A stretch of DNA of 64,000 nucleotides from Takakia lepidozioides (Eukaryota; Plantae; Bryophyta). Where the stretch lies: positions 33,356,001 through 33,420,000 of the forward strand of contig CM060733.1 in NCBI GenBank assembly GCA_030704615.1. Reading direction: 5' to 3'. A model generated the notes under the pieces. The model was given only the letters and a program-made list of their open reading frames with translations. It did not search any database and was not told the origin of the DNA. The position numbers and the translations under genes were made by a program. This document shows positions 59,870 to 64,000 of the stretch, piece after piece (position 1 is the stretch's first letter; each line of letters begins with the position of its first letter).

Positions 59870-62800
59870 AATCTTAGGCTCAATCCGGACAAGTGTTACT
59901 TTGCCAACTTACAGTTGGTGTTCCTTGGGCATGTGGTCTCTGAAGAAGGAACTTGGCCTGATCCAGATAAGATAGCTGCAATTGAAAGGTTTCCCTTGCC
60001 CAAGAACTACATTGCTGTCAAAAGTTATTTGGGAATGACAGGGTACTATAGGCCCTATGTCAAGGGATATGCTGGAGTGGCGGTGCCTTTGTTCACTCTA
60101 ACTAAGAAGGATGTGAAGTTTATCTGAAGTGCAGAGGCACAAAACGCCTTTTCTGCCCTACAGGTGAAGCTGGTGACTGCACCCATTCTGGCCAGGCCAG
60201 ATTTCTCAAGGCCTTTCGTCCTAGATGTTGACTGGTCCATCAAAGGGGTGGGGGCAGTATTGTCACAGAAGGAGTATAGAAAGGAGAGGGTCATTGCATA
60301 TGCTAGTAAGGTACTATCTGATGCTCAGCGTAAATATCACCCTATGGAGGGTGAATGCTATGCCTTGGTGTGGGGAGTATTACACTTTAGGCAGTACCTA
60401 TATGGAACCCCTTTTGTAATCAGAACTGATCACAAACCACTGGAGTGGTTGGCAACGGTAAGTGACACATATGGACGCAGGGGTAGATGGATCATGATGT
60501 TACAAGATTTTGAGTTTAAGATTGTTCATAGGGCGGGTGCTAGGCATGCTAACGTAGATGCGCTAAGCAGGTATCCAGTGGGACCAGCGGAGGAAACCGA
60601 GGAGATCGAGGTATACTCTACTTCTCTATGCAGTCAGAAAAGGGAGGGGAGAAAGAGGGATGGAGCCTATCTTCTTAAACTAGAGTGGGACAGGGGTGCC
60701 ATCAATGCTTCTCTATTTCAATTTAAAGAGGGTAAAGAAGAGTTGAGAGAAGAGGCTCATAGGCAAGTAGGGTATAGCATTGAGAGAGGGGAAATGATTT
60801 GCAAGAGAGAAGAGTACTATGCATGTGTATGGGGTCTTTGGCATTTCAAGAAGACACTGTTGGGAAGTCATTTTTCTTTAGAAACAGATCTGGACCCATA
60901 TTGGTGGCTGTACTCAGAACACCACATAGGCATAGACTTGCTTGGTGACTTTTCATTTGAGTTTGTCCCTGGAATAGATAGATCTTCCACAGGTGGGGTG
61001 TTGACCAAGGCTCATGGTATATTGAAAGGAGAACTAAAACCAGGTGTGATGCCAGATAGGGAAGGAAAGAAGGTGACTTTTGCTGCCAAGACCCAAGGAA
61101 GGGGCATTAACCAATCAGCCCCTGTCAATCTAGTAGGGGAAGGTATTTGGAAGGATGTGGGTGCAGGAAGGAAGGATGTTCCTGCAATCAGCAACAAGAA
61201 AGGGGCAGATCTGATGTTCTCTTGTCCCACCATCCATGTGGTTACACGAGGAGCTCATGCTCGTGATCAGGAGCTAATCAAGGTACAGCCAGCCTGTGTA
61301 CTTGAGGAAGAACAATCAAACAATGAAGAGGGCAGCTCTCAAGAAACACCATTCCTTCAACACTCTACAAGTAAAGAGACAACAGGAAGGATTCAGGTGA
61401 CCTCCTCATCAGGATGCCCAGCTGGAGGCCACATGGGGGGTGAGTGTTCCACCAAGACATTTTATTCTTCAGACAGTGATGGATCACATTGTTCAGGGCA
61501 AGAAACTTTTTCTTACGACAAAGACATTGAAGGGGACTGGCTGCCATGGAGCACACCCACCAAAGCTATTCAGATGTCACTATTACATGCAGCTGAAAGA
61601 TGGGGGAAAGAGTCTCTCATGAGCTCTGACAATCACGGGACAGCAGCTGGTAGGGAGGAAAGGCAGCCTGATGTACTTGAGGATGTGGAAGTTATGCATC
61701 TTTTATGTTTTGGAGAAGTCAATGACTATTTGACAAAGGGAAGGGTAGTTCCACCAAGAAAGGACAGAGAGGCAATAATCAATGAAGTGCATAAGGCCAC
61801 TAGCCACTTTGGAATCCGGAGAACACAAGAGGAGATATGTCGGCGGTATTTCTGGCATGACAGAACGAAGCTCATCAGGCAAGTACTCAAAAGCTGTGGC
61901 GAATGTCAGATGACTAAACAGAACGGAGTGTTGCGCTCAGGTAGCTCAAGACTTCACAGTATTCCAGTAGTGGATCTGTTTTTCGGAGTTGCAATTGACA
62001 CGGCAGGGCCACTACCTGTAACCAGCAGGGGCAATCAGTACTTTCTGGTAGCAATAGATCACTTTTCAAAGTGGATAGAAGCTGCACCAGTGGCAGATCA
62101 TACAGCAGCTCTTGCTGCCCGCTTTTTGGTGGAGGAAGTGATAGACAGGTATAGGTGCCCACACACATTGCTCACTGACAATGGCACGGAGTGGGGAGGG
62201 GAGTTTGACGATGCATGCCGCGAATATGGTATAAAAAGGGAGCACAGTGCTCCCTACTGGCCTCAGTGTAACGGTCTGGTGGAGAGGGTGATTAAGTCCC
62301 TCAAACAGAGCATCACCACCTTGGGAGTTGGAAACGACACTGAGTGGGATCAGAATCTCTACAAAGCCTTGTTTGGTTACAGAATGGGGGTTCATGCTTC
62401 AACATGATTCTCACCTTATTAGGTGCTGACTGGTAGAATTCCAAGACTGGGGATTGACAACAAGTTGCACTATCTTACAGCAGCAGTGAATTTTGATGGA
62501 TCTGTTGCAGAAGTTACACTTATGATGCAGCGGAAAATCCAGCTCCTCACAGAGATGAAGGCTAAGCTGCGGAAAAGTGTGAAGAAAGGGCAGCGTTAGC
62601 AGGCAAGGGATTATGAAAGGAGGCATCAAGCAGGGCATAGCTACTGCAAGTTAATGGAAAACACCAAGGTAATGATGTTGAGGCCTGGAAAGAAGTCTTC
62701 CATGACATCCCCATGGGAAGGACCCTATGACTTTTTGGGGTACAAGGATGCAGGAAGCACCACAAAGACAGGGGAAGCTGCACGCAGATGCAGGCTGAGA

Positions 62801-62908
62801 TATTGGGCAAACAAGGAATGGGTAAGAAGTAGGCGGGATTTGAAACCCTTCATACCACCAGTAGGTGGTCAGCCGATGAAGGTGGTCAGTGAGGACCCTG
62901 ACACTTAA
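59870..62908 (+). pseudogene. pol: Ty3/Gypsy pol fragment: RT C-terminus, RNase H, long insert, integrase
   Basis: LNPDKC..FLGHVVS; DVDWS..EGECYAL..TDHKPL; HFG..CGEC; IDTAGP, LTDNGTE, CNGLVER; PWEGPY. Several stops. Confidence 0.9.
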
Positions 62909-64000
62909 AAAGGGAGACACACTACATATGTAGTGTGAATGCAGGGGAGTAACATTAAATTTTTGTTTTACCCACTAAGATTCTGCATTGTTACAAAGGG
63001 AGTGCCCTAGTACCAATGATGGGCGGAATACATCCCTGCCTACAGGTTGTTTCATGGGCACACTATGCTGATACTTTGCCAGGATGAAAGTGGCTAAGTC
63101 GTGACCAGGCGTGTTTTCATCCATAGGATGAATGTCTTTCATCGCTGGTGATTACACTAGAAACGCGGGTCGAGGAAGACGAAGGGGAAGATGACGGGCG
63201 CTCTGAGCAGATGCTGCGAACAGTGGAATTGGCAGGGCATTGTGTCAAGGGAAATTGTATCTGCACTGTCGCATTCTGGCTTGCATTAAGAGAAGCGTTA
63301 AAGGGCACAGCTTGGTAATCTGTGCAGCAGGGGAAGCGGTGTCGCCTTCTTCTTGGTAATGATCAGTTTCTGGAGGATAAGCTTACAGGGAGAGTGGTGC
63401 AACACCTGTGCCGCCATAGCCTTGATGAACATGGTCATGGGAGGATGAGCATGCAAGGGAAGGAGCCAGCTGCCAGAGAACAGGCAAGTGGAGTTGTGGC
63501 ACAATCAATGGAGAGATAGAGCAGCTCGACACAGCGAGCAGCTGCCAAAGCGAATGAGAGGCTGGCTTGTGTGGATGGTAACTCAGGTTATCTGTAATTA
63601 AAACTTTCAGATGATCACTGTCTTCTTGTTATAGGATCATATCAGATCTTAGGGTAGAATTGCTCATATAGTAAGATAGGGTAGTTAGTTGGCAAGCTAC
63701 AGGGATGTTGCCATAGGCTGAAGCAGAGCTGTCATGACTTAATGAACGCTGGAATCAAGACGACAAGAGGAGTTAAGGTAGTTGCTGACGGAGATGGTGA
63801 GGTGCCATTTTGGGCAGGCAGACTCACCGCTTCACTGGAGTATAAGACAGATAAGTTCGTAGATTCATCTCTTCTTTTTGGCACTTAGGAATCGTTGTTG
63901 TGAAATTTTGGTAGAGACTCTCAAAACTGAGAGCATGATGAGGATGGGAAAAAAACTTTGAGAAATGGAATGGGGACTCTGGACTTCAAACCAGGATGGG

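Noticed and set aside
63000-64000. Short ORFs at the right edge as a host gene
   Set aside because: No motifs. Most likely the 3' internal region of the upstream Gypsy fragment.

Overview
This is eukaryotic DNA made almost entirely of nested transposons. I see no recognisable host gene, RNA gene or CRISPR array. The element types suggest a non-seed land plant or streptophyte (inference). From left to right: (1) A non-autonomous CACTA element (8-16641, GTA TSD) that holds a young minus-strand Ty3/Gypsy element (936-14094) with a 1281-aa extra ORF. (2) A Mutator-like transposase, MULE-A, interrupted by that CACTA and by element 3. (3) An unusual Ty3/Gypsy element (18328-30464, GGTG TSD). Its pol carries a complete C5 cytosine methyltransferase between protease and RT and ends in a PHD finger. 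It has a self-complementary, Tf1-like primer site instead of a tRNA PBS. Its terminal repeats are split/permuted (B...A-B-A) around a palindromic GACA-GC-TGTC att-like site, as expected if a 2-LTR circle had been integrated. (4) Mutator-like elements carrying a spliced gene that fuses a ParB/Srx-like domain to a beta-class N6A/N4C DNA methyltransferase-like domain (three related pieces). One copy has a 5.5-kb palindromic satellite in its first intron, and a ~21-kb inversion probably splits another. (5) Degraded CACTA and Gypsy remnants towards the right end. Several frameshifts fall in homopolymer runs and may be sequencing errors.
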